A stretch of 30,952 bases of DNA. Source: a virus. The notes under the pieces were generated by a model, which saw nothing but the letters and a program-made list of their open reading frames with translations, was not told where the DNA came from and did no database searches. Below are positions 7,214 to 16,129 of this stretch, one piece after another. The position numbers and the translations under genes are program-made. How positions within the stretch are numbered: the first letter of the stretch is position 1; every line of letters begins with the position of its first letter. The stretch is from the UHGV virus genome UHGV-0110025; one strand, given 5' to 3'.

Positions 7214-7346
7214 ATGAATTAAAAATGCTGTTTTTGATATGTTAACCTCTTAACAGTTTCATCTTTAAATCTTGTAAAGTAAAACTTTGCGTTTATGATT
7301 GATAAAAATTAAAAAAGTATGAAGAGGCTGTAAAGGAGTTTTATCA

Positions 7347-7862
7347 ATGCCTGGATTCCAAAATGCACAGCAAAATCAATTTGATGATCATGCTCCAGAA
7401 ATGGAGATAAACTTAATCGTAGATGTTGCTGAGCAGCCCGTAGCCTTTACCTATCAATATAGTGAGCAAATTAGCCACCTTGCACCGCAATGTCCGCCAG
7501 CAGAAGCGATTGAATGTGACAAAGAATGCTGGCGCTTCACTCTCAATCCGATAACGGACAGTTGCTTTTGGCCTCCAAAAAGAAGGGTTCCTGAGAGGGT
7601 TGCCTCAGACAGTCAGCAGGAGTGCTCTATGTGGGCGTTGTCTATGTATGAATCAGAGCGACAAGCTGTAGTCGCTTATTCTGGGCTTTCTAAGTCAGTG
7701 AGAAATATTAAGAAAACAATTGGAGATCACCTTGCAAGAGGCACGGTAGCTTGTGGTGATGGTAGATGTATGCCTCCAAATAGAAAAGGCCATTTTGACT
7801 TTCATCCATATTTAGATACTGAGTTCCCTGATGGCTTTCAGGTAATAAGAGCATTACCATGA
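7347..7862 (+). CDS. Hypothetical protein (171 aa), first gene of an accessory pair
   Basis: Strong SD AAAGGAG 8 nt upstream of the ATG. AT-rich upstream region. Its stop overlaps the next start (ATGA at 7859-7862). No domain recognised. Confidence 0.75.
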   Translation: MPGFQNAQQNQFDDHAPEMEINLIVDVAEQPVAFTYQYSEQISHLAPQCPPAEAIECDKECWRFTLNPITDSCFWPPKRRVPERVASDSQQECSMWALSMYESERQAVVAYSGLSKSVRNIKKTIGDHLARGTVACGDGRCMPPNRKGHFDFHPYLDTEFPDGFQVIRALP

Positions 7863-8947
7863 TAAAATTAGATGCTAAAAGAATCACTGCACCGGAGGTC
7901 GGAGATTACTCGTGGTATTCTGACTTGGTGTATTTTGATGGACCACTGATTTGTTTATTTCGAGGAAGTGGCTATAAGGATGCTCTTTATGTTTGGCTTG
8001 ATAATTCAACCAGAGCCAACCGCTGGTGTTTAATACCTGTATCAAGGTCAACTTTAGATTCCTATCTTAATCAAAGAATGAGTCTAAGAGAAATCATACA
8101 ATCAAACGAATATGTTTATATTTGCAATCACTTTGCAGAAACAGGACGAAAAAATTATAGCCGTCTGAGCGTAGATGATTTCCCTGAGGAATATATGCCT
8201 GATGCTGACTCATATTTATATGAAGAAATATGCACCGATGACGCACTATTGTTAAAGCAAGAACGCACATCTAGCTATATGCTAGGACTGGACAACCAGT
8301 TGTTTATAAATGATTTATCAGAAATTCCAAAAATTTTCGAACAATTGTATTCTTTCCACTATGGACTTGCCCACTTGGGCAGAATTTCCATTAGAAATAC
8401 CATGCTGCGATTGATGGGTAGTTGGACTGGTGGATTCTCAGCAGTAAATATTTTCACTGGTTTAAAGAATGTCATTCCTGTCCTGCACCGCCCAGAAGTT
8501 AGCTCACTTCAATATAACTCCCCCGGACATATTGAATTGAACTTGCTTCCTGACTTGGCGCAGAGCGTTCAGGATGTATCTGTTCGTGTTGAAAATGAAT
8601 TTATTTATGACCGTTTAGAGAAAATCTATAAAAACAATTACACATACTTTAAAGATAAAGATCTATCAGGTTTTGATGAGGGTGGAGGAATTGAGTTAAG
8701 GAACATCGACTCTGAAACCACAGAAAATCTTCGTAAGCGTGTTAGAATTTTCTTTAGGTGTTTAGGTTGGAAAACCTATCAAGCGCAGTTTGATATGATC
8801 GGTGCCCATCCCTTGCAGCAGTTACGCGCAGTTATGGCGTATTACAGACGCCTGAAAACATTACGAGAATATATTGTGGCAGATAAATTATTCATTGGTC
8901 ATTCGCGAGTGCCGGTAGAGCAAATTACTGTGAATACTGAAAATTAG
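7859..8947 (+). CDS. Hypothetical protein (362 aa), second gene of an accessory pair
   Basis: Long uninterrupted ORF in AT-rich DNA. Translationally coupled to the upstream gene. No catalytic motif or TM segment recognised. Confidence 0.8.
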   Translation: MIKLDAKRITAPEVGDYSWYSDLVYFDGPLICLFRGSGYKDALYVWLDNSTRANRWCLIPVSRSTLDSYLNQRMSLREIIQSNEYVYICNHFAETGRKNYSRLSVDDFPEEYMPDADSYLYEEICTDDALLLKQERTSSYMLGLDNQLFINDLSEIPKIFEQLYSFHYGLAHLGRISIRNTMLRLMGSWTGGFSAVNIFTGLKNVIPVLHRPEVSSLQYNSPGHIELNLLPDLAQSVQDVSVRVENEFIYDRLEKIYKNNYTYFKDKDLSGFDEGGGIELRNIDSETTENLRKRVRIFFRCLGWKTYQAQFDMIGAHPLQQLRAVMAYYRRLKTLREYIVADKLFIGHSRVPVEQITVNTEN

Positions 8948-9073
8948 CTTTCTGCATGAGGATGCGTGAATCTGCATTATTTATTAATTCAACCCATAGA
9001 TACTGTAGGACGCAATAGGCATGGGCTTGAGACCAAAATGCAACTGCATTAAAACCGCCCCATTAAGCGGGTA

Positions 9074-9092
9074 GGCGTGGCGGGGAAAGCAT
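9074..9092 (+). other. cos: cos cohesive-end sequence (19 nt)
   Basis: GGCGTGGCGGGGAAAGCAT matches the P2 cohesive end GGCGAGGCGGGGAAAGCAC at 17/19. From memory it is the 186 version. It sits in a GC-rich non-coding block upstream of the portal gene's 3' end, as in P2/186. Confidence 0.8.
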
Positions 9093-9311
9093 TGCGCGCC
9101 AGCAGTGATGCGTAATAATAAAAATTATCCTCTGAGCGCGTCGTGATGGCGCTGTCGTGGTCGCTGCTGGTTCGTTGGTGGTCGGGTGTGTTCGTGCGCG
9201 TGAGACGCATCTGATGCGTGATGGTGGTGTGCATGGAAAAGCCACCAGGAGCAGCGGCTTTACAGGAGTGGCAGGATTCAAACTGCTAATTATGTTTCTA
9301 CTATGATTAAA

Positions 9312-10316
9312 CTAATTTACATGTATGTAGAGTTCACCGTCGCCAGACCAATCGGGACACTCTAAAACAAGCCCAAACTGCTTGAATATTTCATCAATGA
9401 TTATTGTTATCTCCCGAAAATCACCAAAACCTGTAATGTGCTGGTCATTAAACTTCCCATAAAGATTCTGAAAAGCAATGCCTAATTCTGATAATTGATA
9501 TCTTATCTTTGAGTTGGATAGTGTAAGGGATAGCTTTGGATCGTATTCTTTAATATTGATGTTTAGAGAATGGACATAACCCATCGCATAAGCATAAGAG
9601 TTGATGATTAGCCTGATACGTTTTTTTACTTCGAGATACATGTCATTCAGAGAAATATTACCGTACTTATAACCCCAGATGAGTTTTTCAATCTCGTCAG
9701 ATACTTCATTTACAACAGTGTCAAGATTCTCTAAAAATAAATCAATAGTTTCTTGAGGGGCAGACCCCGAAGACATGTAATTAGCGAGATATTCAGACCA
9801 TGCACGCGTGGCTGAGATAAGAAGCGCGCTACCATACTCGTTGACTGTAAAATTTTGGGCTAAGCATGTTAGTAAGTTTTTTTCATGTACGTGCACTAAT
9901 TCATGGTGAATGCGATGGATGACTGCGAGGTATCCTTCTTCTTTCAGTTTTAAGAAGCTACCATCATTGAAAAGCTCAACAAAAAAATCAATCGATAGCA
10001 CAAGGGTATATTCTTCACATAGCCCATCATTGCCAATTTTTGTTACTAACTGCCCGACGGCTGCGCCCTGTTTGCTATTGGTAAATGAACTAGGGGATTT
10101 GTGTTGGTAAGAGGATGTTACCTTTTGAAGAGCTTCACTGAAGTTATAGGAAACAATCACGCATTTTAATTTGGAGATATCAAGATTGAGATTTTTTGTT
10201 AAAGCTCGGATAGCTTCTAGTGTGAAATTACCGATATTATTTGCTTCTTGCTCAGTAGCGAAACCTTCGAGGGTTATTTTAAAATCAGTTTCCAAAATAT
10301 TAATCTCCGCGCCCAT
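9312..10316 (-). CDS. Hypothetical protein (334 aa) with HExxH zinc-metallopeptidase-like motif
   Basis: Long ORF in very AT-rich DNA. HELVH is encoded at 9891-9905 (context AVIHRIHHELVHVHEK). No signal peptide or TM segment. No obvious SD. Confidence 0.78.
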   Translation of the reverse strand: MGAEINILETDFKITLEGFATEQEANNIGNFTLEAIRALTKNLNLDISKLKCVIVSYNFSEALQKVTSSYQHKSPSSFTNSKQGAAVGQLVTKIGNDGLCEEYTLVLSIDFFVELFNDGSFLKLKEEGYLAVIHRIHHELVHVHEKNLLTCLAQNFTVNEYGSALLISATRAWSEYLANYMSSGSAPQETIDLFLENLDTVVNEVSDEIEKLIWGYKYGNISLNDMYLEVKKRIRLIINSYAYAMGYVHSLNINIKEYDPKLSLTLSNSKIRYQLSELGIAFQNLYGKFNDQHITGFGDFREITIIIDEIFKQFGLVLECPDWSGDGELYIHVN

Positions 10317-10334
10317 TGTTTTGATATTCGATGC

Positions 10335-10363
10335 ACTATAGCTTTCGCAGATTGCATCTTCAA
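10335..10363 (-). promoter_or_regulatory. Candidate sigma70 promoter for the HExxH gene
   Basis: On the minus strand: TTGAAG (10363-10358), 17-nt spacer, TATAGT (10340-10335). Located between the portal stop (10394) and the ATG at 10316. Predicts a short leader. Confidence 0.5.
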
Positions 10364-10393
10364 TAATGAGCGCAGAGATTGTGGCGGCCTAAG

Positions 10394-11440
10394 TTATTCT
10401 GGGTTGTCGAGGGTGTACTCTTTGAACCTGATGACCTCCATACCGAGCCAGTCGTTTACCTCCCTGAACCTATCCTGCAGGGGTGACAGCTCATTACGCA
10501 CAAATACCTTTGCCACCTTCTCAACGTCACCGAGTGAACCGATATTCTCGGGCTTGCCGCCCATGAGCTGGAACGGTACGCGGTGCGCGTCCATCAGATC
10601 GGCGGCACTGGCCTTCTTGATGTTGAAAAAGTCATCCTTTGTGGCGACCTCGCTCAGTGGCACGATTTTGATGCCGTCCGGTTTTCCGCCGGGAGCGTAG
10701 AAAAACAGGTTCTTAAAGTTGCCGAGCCCTTTTGAGTTGCGCATCGCCTCGCGCAGCGATTCGACGTCGGTCGCGCTCTGCGCCGGGTCAGTCACATACA
10801 TGATGTAACCCGCGTGCGCGCCGTTCTGATAATACTTGCGGCGGAACAGCGTCGCGGATTCATTCAGCCAGGCGGAATTTAGCGCGCTGAGATATTCGGG
10901 CAGGCCGTAAATCTCCTGATTAATGTCGGGCTCCAGCAGGTGAAACACGGTATCAGGCGCGAACTCGTGCGGCTGGGTGAAGTTTTCCACAAACCAGAAA
11001 ATCGAATCGTCGACTCCGCGTCGGGTGTATTTGGCTGGCGAGGCCAGCAGTTTGATTAACTGGCCGGTGACGCTGTGGCGCTGCTCAAGAAAGGCGTTAC
11101 CGAACACCAGATAATCGAGCGCAAAGCGGCTGAAATCCTGACGGGATAACAACGGGTGCGGAATGTAGGTGCTCGCGAGCACGTTACGCTTAACATAAAT
11201 TGGCGAGCTGTGATGCACGGCAGAGCGCAGGCTCTTTGCCAGCCCTGAGAAGCTGACCGGCGGCTCGTACCATTTGCCGTTACTGATGCACTCGACGTAA
11301 TCCAGAATGTCGCGCTTATCGAGTACCGGCACCGGCTCGCCGAAGGTGAACGCTGTCGTTTTTGGCGGTGCGCTGGCGGTCAGTTGTTGTGGTTTGCTGG
11401 CCTTTTGTGCGTTGGCTTTACGGGATTTTTGTTTACCCAT
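10394..11440 (-). CDS. Q: Portal protein gpQ
   Basis: 348 aa, size and position of P2 Q. Adjacent to and co-oriented with terminase P. Conserved P2-like sequence. Confidence 0.95.
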   Translation of the reverse strand: MGKQKSRKANAQKASKPQQLTASAPPKTTAFTFGEPVPVLDKRDILDYVECISNGKWYEPPVSFSGLAKSLRSAVHHSSPIYVKRNVLASTYIPHPLLSRQDFSRFALDYLVFGNAFLEQRHSVTGQLIKLLASPAKYTRRGVDDSIFWFVENFTQPHEFAPDTVFHLLEPDINQEIYGLPEYLSALNSAWLNESATLFRRKYYQNGAHAGYIMYVTDPAQSATDVESLREAMRNSKGLGNFKNLFFYAPGGKPDGIKIVPLSEVATKDDFFNIKKASAADLMDAHRVPFQLMGGKPENIGSLGDVEKVAKVFVRNELSPLQDRFREVNDWLGMEVIRFKEYTLDNPE

Positions 11441-11441
11441 T

Positions 11442-13211
11442 TTAGTTGAACTCCAGAATAGATTTAGGCTGCATGCCGCTACCGGCAGAAAGCGGTTCGT
11501 TTAACAGGGCGTGCATGGTCGCCCATGCGATATCGGCGTGGCTGGCTTCCTCGGTGCGGCTGGCCTCATAGGTGGCGCTGCGCCCGCTGCTGGTCATGGT
11601 TTTGCGGATGGACATAAACGACTGCGTGACGTCGGTTGCTCCGGCGTCGTACTCCAGACAGCCACGGCGAATGGTGTCTTTCGCCTTGAGTACCATTGCG
11701 GTTTTCATTTCAGGTGTGTAACGGATGCCGCGTGCCGCCGGGTAAAATGAGCGCACCAGCTGGAACACGCCGAGACCGAGGCCGGTTGCGTCAATGCCGA
11801 TGTATTCGACGTTGTATTTCTCGGTCAGCTTGCGGATGCCCTCTGCCTGTGCTGCAAAATCCATGCCCTTCCACTGGTGGCGCTCCAGCATGCGGAACTT
11901 GCCACCAGAGACCACCGGCGGCGCGAGCACGACGCACCCGGCACTGTCGCCGGTGTGTGACGGGTCGTAGCCAATCCAGACAGGACGAGAGCCGAACGGA
12001 TGGTCGGCGAACGGGGCAAAGTCCTCCCATTCCTCCATCACATCGACCATGCAGCGCTGCAGCTCCTCGAACGGGAATACCGACGCTTTATCGTCGACAA
12101 ACTCGCACATAAACAGGTTCTTAAAGTCCTCATCACTGTTTTCGCGTTTGAGCTGGTCGAGGTCGAACAGGGTGCAGCCACCCGCAAGGGCGTCCTCAAT
12201 GGTGACAATCTGCCGCCACTGGCCATCGTCGCAGAGCTGGCCACCGGCGAGCGCGCTGTGACTGATGTCGATTTCGATGCGGTCGGCAATCCGGCTGCGC
12301 CCCTTGTTGAACAGCTCGCCAGACCAGAAGGGGTAAGCGCCGTGCGCCAGCGTGGAAGGTGTCGAAAAATAGGTCGAGCGCAGGTGCTTTTGCGAGGCCA
12401 TGCCCGAGGCGACTTTGCGCAGTTTCTGAAAATTCGGGATCCAGAATATTTCATCGACATACAGATCGCCGTTATGGCTCTGCGCGGTGTTGGAATTGGT
12501 ACCGAGAAAAATCAGTTTTGCGCCGTTGTTACCGATGACAATCGGGTCGCCAGTCAGGTCAACGTCGACCAGTCGCGCAAACTGGATGATGTATTCGCGG
12601 AACACGTAAGCCTGCGTTTTACTGGCTGATAAAAATATCTGGTTATGGCCGGTTTTGAGTGCGCGCAGCAGTGCCTCGCGGGAGAAATAGAATGTCGCGC
12701 CAATCTGGCGGGATTTGAGAATGTCACGAATACGGTGCTCCAGTCCTGCGCGGTACCACTGCAACTGGTACTCGAAAGACTGGTCGAAAAATAATTCCTC
12801 TAGTTTATCGATAGCCTCGTCGCTGAAAAAATTCTTTTTCGGCTTTTTGCGCTCCCCTTTGTTGCGGTTGGCGACGTTGGGGTTAAGGTCGGCTTCGTTG
12901 CCGGTCTGGCTGTAGCGGTTGACTCGCGCCAACCGTTCAATCTGCCGTCCGAGCAGGTCAATCTCTTTGAAATCACCCCCTGTCTTTTGCGGCTTGGCGA
13001 TGAGCTGAATCAGCCTAGCCTCAAGGCTGCTTTCAACGCGGGAAATCGGCGCGATGCCGTCCCAGCCGTCGCGCTGCTTCCAGCTCTGCACGGTCGGGCG
13101 CTTGACCTGCAGCATTTCGGCAATCTGTGGCACGGAAAAACCCTGCCAGTAAAGCAGCGATGCCTGCCGTCGCGGGTCATGCAACAAGGTTGTATCGGTG
13201 GAAATGGTCAT
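11442..13211 (-). CDS. P: Terminase large (ATPase) subunit gpP
   Basis: 589 aa (P2 P is ~590). Its stop lies 1 nt before the Q start. Divergent from O. Confidence 0.95.
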   Translation of the reverse strand: MTISTDTTLLHDPRRQASLLYWQGFSVPQIAEMLQVKRPTVQSWKQRDGWDGIAPISRVESSLEARLIQLIAKPQKTGGDFKEIDLLGRQIERLARVNRYSQTGNEADLNPNVANRNKGERKKPKKNFFSDEAIDKLEELFFDQSFEYQLQWYRAGLEHRIRDILKSRQIGATFYFSREALLRALKTGHNQIFLSASKTQAYVFREYIIQFARLVDVDLTGDPIVIGNNGAKLIFLGTNSNTAQSHNGDLYVDEIFWIPNFQKLRKVASGMASQKHLRSTYFSTPSTLAHGAYPFWSGELFNKGRSRIADRIEIDISHSALAGGQLCDDGQWRQIVTIEDALAGGCTLFDLDQLKRENSDEDFKNLFMCEFVDDKASVFPFEELQRCMVDVMEEWEDFAPFADHPFGSRPVWIGYDPSHTGDSAGCVVLAPPVVSGGKFRMLERHQWKGMDFAAQAEGIRKLTEKYNVEYIGIDATGLGLGVFQLVRSFYPAARGIRYTPEMKTAMVLKAKDTIRRGCLEYDAGATDVTQSFMSIRKTMTSSGRSATYEASRTEEASHADIAWATMHALLNEPLSAGSGMQPKSILEFN

Positions 13212-13376
13212 TGATGCCTCGCCGTAGTGGATTCAGGGCAAGGCTACTTAATGGCCGTCAGTGATTCGCTAAGGTGCTGTTGTGTGGGCGGTTGTCCAGT
13301 CGTCATTGGTGGTCTGGCGTGTCCTGAGTCTGGAAACTGGCGGTGACCAGTAACCTCAACCTCAGGACTCCTGACA
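13212..13376. promoter_or_regulatory. Divergent late-promoter region (P2 PP/PO equivalent)
   Basis: Called by synteny only: a 165-bp gap between divergent P and O. I could not find a clean TGT-N12-ACA activator dyad here. Confidence 0.4.
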
Positions 13377-14231
13377 ATGGCAAAAAAAGTCTCAAAATTC
13401 TTTCGCATCGGCGTCGAGGGTGACACCTGCGACGGCCGCATTATCAGCGGCAACGATATTCAGGAAATGGCCGAATCGTTTGACCCTCGCGTCTACGGTT
13501 GCCGCATTAACCTTGAGCATATTCGCGGTCTCTTTCCTGATGGCGACTTCAAACGCTTAGGCGATGTGGTTGAACTGAAAGCTGAAATAATTGACGACGA
13601 TTCTGCGCTTAACGGCAAATGGGCGTTGTTCGCCAGAATCACCCCAACCGACGACCTGATTGCGATGAATAAAAAATTGCAGAAGGTCTACACCTCAATG
13701 GAAATTCAGCCGAATTTTGCCAATACCGGCAAATGCTACCTCGTCGGCCTTGCTGTCACCGATGACCCGGCGAGCCTCGGCACTGAATACCTCGAATTCT
13801 GCCGCAACGCGAAGCACAACCCTCTGCAGCGCTTTAAGGCCAACCCTGAAAACGTTTTTTCCGCTGCCACGCTGGCCGAACTGGAATTTGAAGACGTTCC
13901 CGATACGGTGCTAAACAGCCTGGCAGATAAGGTGAAAGCCATTTTCAGCCGTAAGCAGGTCAGCGACGATGCGCGCCTGAATGATGTGCATGAAGCGGTG
14001 AGCACCGTCAGCGAGCATGTGCAGACCAACCTCACTGCGCAGGATAAGCGTCTTTCCGCTATGGAAGCCGCGCTTACCACCTTTAAACAGGAACTGACCG
14101 GCAAGATTGAAGAAACCAGCCAGGCATTTTCCGCCCTGAAAGCCACCCTCGACAAAACCGAAAGTTTCAGCCAGCCGCGACGCACGAAAGCCAGCGGCGG
14201 TGGTGGCGATGAGCTGCTGACCGACTGCTGA
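13377..14231 (+). CDS. O: Capsid scaffold protein gpO
   Basis: 284 aa, same size and position as P2 O. Conserved N-terminus MAKKVSKFFRIGVEGDTCDGR. Confidence 0.92.
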   Translation: MAKKVSKFFRIGVEGDTCDGRIISGNDIQEMAESFDPRVYGCRINLEHIRGLFPDGDFKRLGDVVELKAEIIDDDSALNGKWALFARITPTDDLIAMNKKLQKVYTSMEIQPNFANTGKCYLVGLAVTDDPASLGTEYLEFCRNAKHNPLQRFKANPENVFSAATLAELEFEDVPDTVLNSLADKVKAIFSRKQVSDDARLNDVHEAVSTVSEHVQTNLTAQDKRLSAMEAALTTFKQELTGKIEETSQAFSALKATLDKTESFSQPRRTKASGGGGDELLTDC

Positions 14232-14250
14232 TAAACCGCAGACCAGAAAC

Positions 14251-14269
14251 CGGGCGGTAACTCCGCCCG
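14251..14269 (+). other. GC-rich stem-loop between O and N
   Basis: CGGGCGG-taact-CCGCCCG is a perfect 7-bp stem. No U-tract follows. Confidence 0.4.
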
Positions 14270-14307
14270 ATGCAGTGACTAACCGATAAATTCAAACAGG
14301 AAATACT

Positions 14308-15375
14308 ATGCGCCCGGAAACCCGTTTTAAGTTCAATGCCTATCTGACCCGCGTCGCTGAGCTGAACGGCATCAGCACTGATGACGTCAGTAAAAAATTC
14401 ACCGTCGAGCCGTCCGTCACGCAAACGCTGATGAACAAAGTGCAGGAGTCATCCGCGTTTCTGCAGACGATTAACATTCTGCCGGTTGCAGAAATGAAGG
14501 GTGAGAAAATCGGCGTCGGTGTGACCGGTACTATCGCCAGCACGACCGACACCTCGGGCGATGATGAGCGTAAGACCGCAGACTTCACCGCGCTTGAGTC
14601 CAACAAGTACGAGTGCGACCAGATTAACTTTGACTTCCATCTGAAATATAAAACCCTCGACCTGTGGGCGCGTTTTCAGGACTTTCAGCGCCGCATCCGT
14701 GACGCCATTGTTAAGCGTCAGGCGCTCGATTTCATCATGGCCGGTTTTAACGGTACCACCCGCGCCGCCACCTCTGACCGCACCAAAAATCCGATGCTGC
14801 AGGATGTAGCCGTCGGCTGGCTGCAGAAATACCGCAACGAAGCCCCGACGCGTGTGATGAGCAATATCACCGATGCTGACGGTAAGGTCGTTTCGGCAGT
14901 GATTCGCGTCGGTAAAAACGGCGACTATGAGAACCTCGACGCGCTGGTGATGGATGCTACCAACAACCTGATTGACGAGGTTTATCAGGATGACCCGAAA
15001 CTCGTTGCCATCGTTGGCCGTAAGCTGCTGGCCGACAAATATTTCCCGCTGGTGAACAAGCCGCAAGAAAACAGCGAAGCGCTCGCGGCAGATATCATCA
15101 TCAGCCAGAAGCGAATCGGCAACCTGCCTGCTGTGCGTGTGCCGTACTTCCCGGCGAATGCCGTGTTAGTGACAACGCTGGAAAACCTCTCTATCTATTT
15201 CATGGATGAGAGCCACCGCCGCAGCATTGATGAAAACCCGAAAAAAGACCGCGTGGAAAACTACGAGTCAATGAATATCGACTATGTGGTCGAGGCGTAT
15301 GCCGCCGGGTGTCTGCTGGAAAACATCACCCTGGGCGATTTCACCGCACCTGCAGCACCGGAAAGCGGAGAGTAA
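14308..15375 (+). CDS. N: Major capsid protein gpN
   Basis: 355 aa, position and size of P2 N. SD AGGAAA upstream. Confidence 0.95.
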   Translation: MRPETRFKFNAYLTRVAELNGISTDDVSKKFTVEPSVTQTLMNKVQESSAFLQTINILPVAEMKGEKIGVGVTGTIASTTDTSGDDERKTADFTALESNKYECDQINFDFHLKYKTLDLWARFQDFQRRIRDAIVKRQALDFIMAGFNGTTRAATSDRTKNPMLQDVAVGWLQKYRNEAPTRVMSNITDADGKVVSAVIRVGKNGDYENLDALVMDATNNLIDEVYQDDPKLVAIVGRKLLADKYFPLVNKPQENSEALAADIIISQKRIGNLPAVRVPYFPANAVLVTTLENLSIYFMDESHRRSIDENPKKDRVENYESMNIDYVVEAYAAGCLLENITLGDFTAPAAPESGE

Positions 15376-15379
15376 GCCC

Positions 15380-16129
15380 ATGACGAGCCCCGCACAGCGT
15401 CACATGATGCGGGTCTCGGCCTCTCAAGCCGCGCAGCGGGAACAAGCCCCGCTGCGCCATGCAACCGCCTACGAGCAGATGCTGGTAAAGCTGGCCGATG
15501 ACCGCCGCACGTTGAAAACCATCCGTTCAAACGAACTGAAAGCCGCGAAAAAGCGTGAGCTGCTGCCGTTCTATGCGCCGTGGGTCGCCGGTGTGCTGGC
15601 TGATGGCCGTGGTGCGCAGGATGACATTCTGATGACAGTCATGCTGTGGCGTCTCGATGCCGGTGATATCGCTGGCGCGCTGGAAATTGCGCCATACGCG
15701 CTGAAGTACGGCCTCACCTCTGACTATCGCCGCACGACACCTTACATGCTGGTTGAGGAGGTGGCGCTTGCCGCGCTGCGCCTGCGCGATGCCGGTGAGC
15801 CTGTCGACCTCGCATTACTGCTGACCACCCTTAGCCTGACCGACGGCGCTGACGTTCCCGATATGGTGCGCGCTCGACTGCATAAGGTGACCGGTCTAAC
15901 CCTGCGCGATGCCGGTCAGAGCGCCGAAGCACTGGCACAGTTTCAGCGCGCGATGCAGCTCGACCGCAATGCCGGTGTGCGCAAAGAGATTGAGCGACTG
16001 GAGCGGGCATTGAAGCCTAAGCCCGATGCCGCGCCCCGTAAAACGACTAAACCGCGCACGCGCAAACCTGCCACCAAACCGGCGGCAAAGCGCGGGCGTC
16101 CACCAAAGGCGGTAAAAACCGCCGGTTAA
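15380..16129 (+). CDS. M: Terminase small/endonuclease subunit gpM
   Basis: ORF 15284..16129 trimmed to the ATG at 15380 (MTSPAQRHMMRV), just after the N stop. 249 aa, like P2 M. Basic Lys/Pro/Arg-rich C-terminal tail. Confidence 0.9.
   Translation: MTSPAQRHMMRVSASQAAQREQAPLRHATAYEQMLVKLADDRRTLKTIRSNELKAAKKRELLPFYAPWVAGVLADGRGAQDDILMTVMLWRLDAGDIAGALEIAPYALKYGLTSDYRRTTPYMLVEEVALAALRLRDAGEPVDLALLLTTLSLTDGADVPDMVRARLHKVTGLTLRDAGQSAEALAQFQRAMQLDRNAGVRKEIERLERALKPKPDAAPRKTTKPRTRKPATKPAAKRGRPPKAVKTAG

Noticed and set aside
7347-7862. A possible ADP-ribosyltransferase-like R / S-x-S / E-x-E pattern (KRR ... SDS ... ESE) in the 171-aa protein.
   Set aside because: The three elements lie within ~25 residues, far too close for an ART fold, and there is no other supporting similarity.
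9049-9290. A GC-rich, structured, non-coding-looking block inside an AT-rich hotspot. At first it looked like a retron msr/msd or other ncRNA. The ORF track also shows minus-strand ORFs 9049..9234 and 9063..9281.
   Set aside because: It contains the 19-nt P2/186 cohesive-end sequence (9074-9092), so it is the conserved cos/terminase-recognition region. There is no reverse transcriptase gene nearby. The two ORFs have Thr/Arg/Pro-rich nonsense-like composition and no SD.
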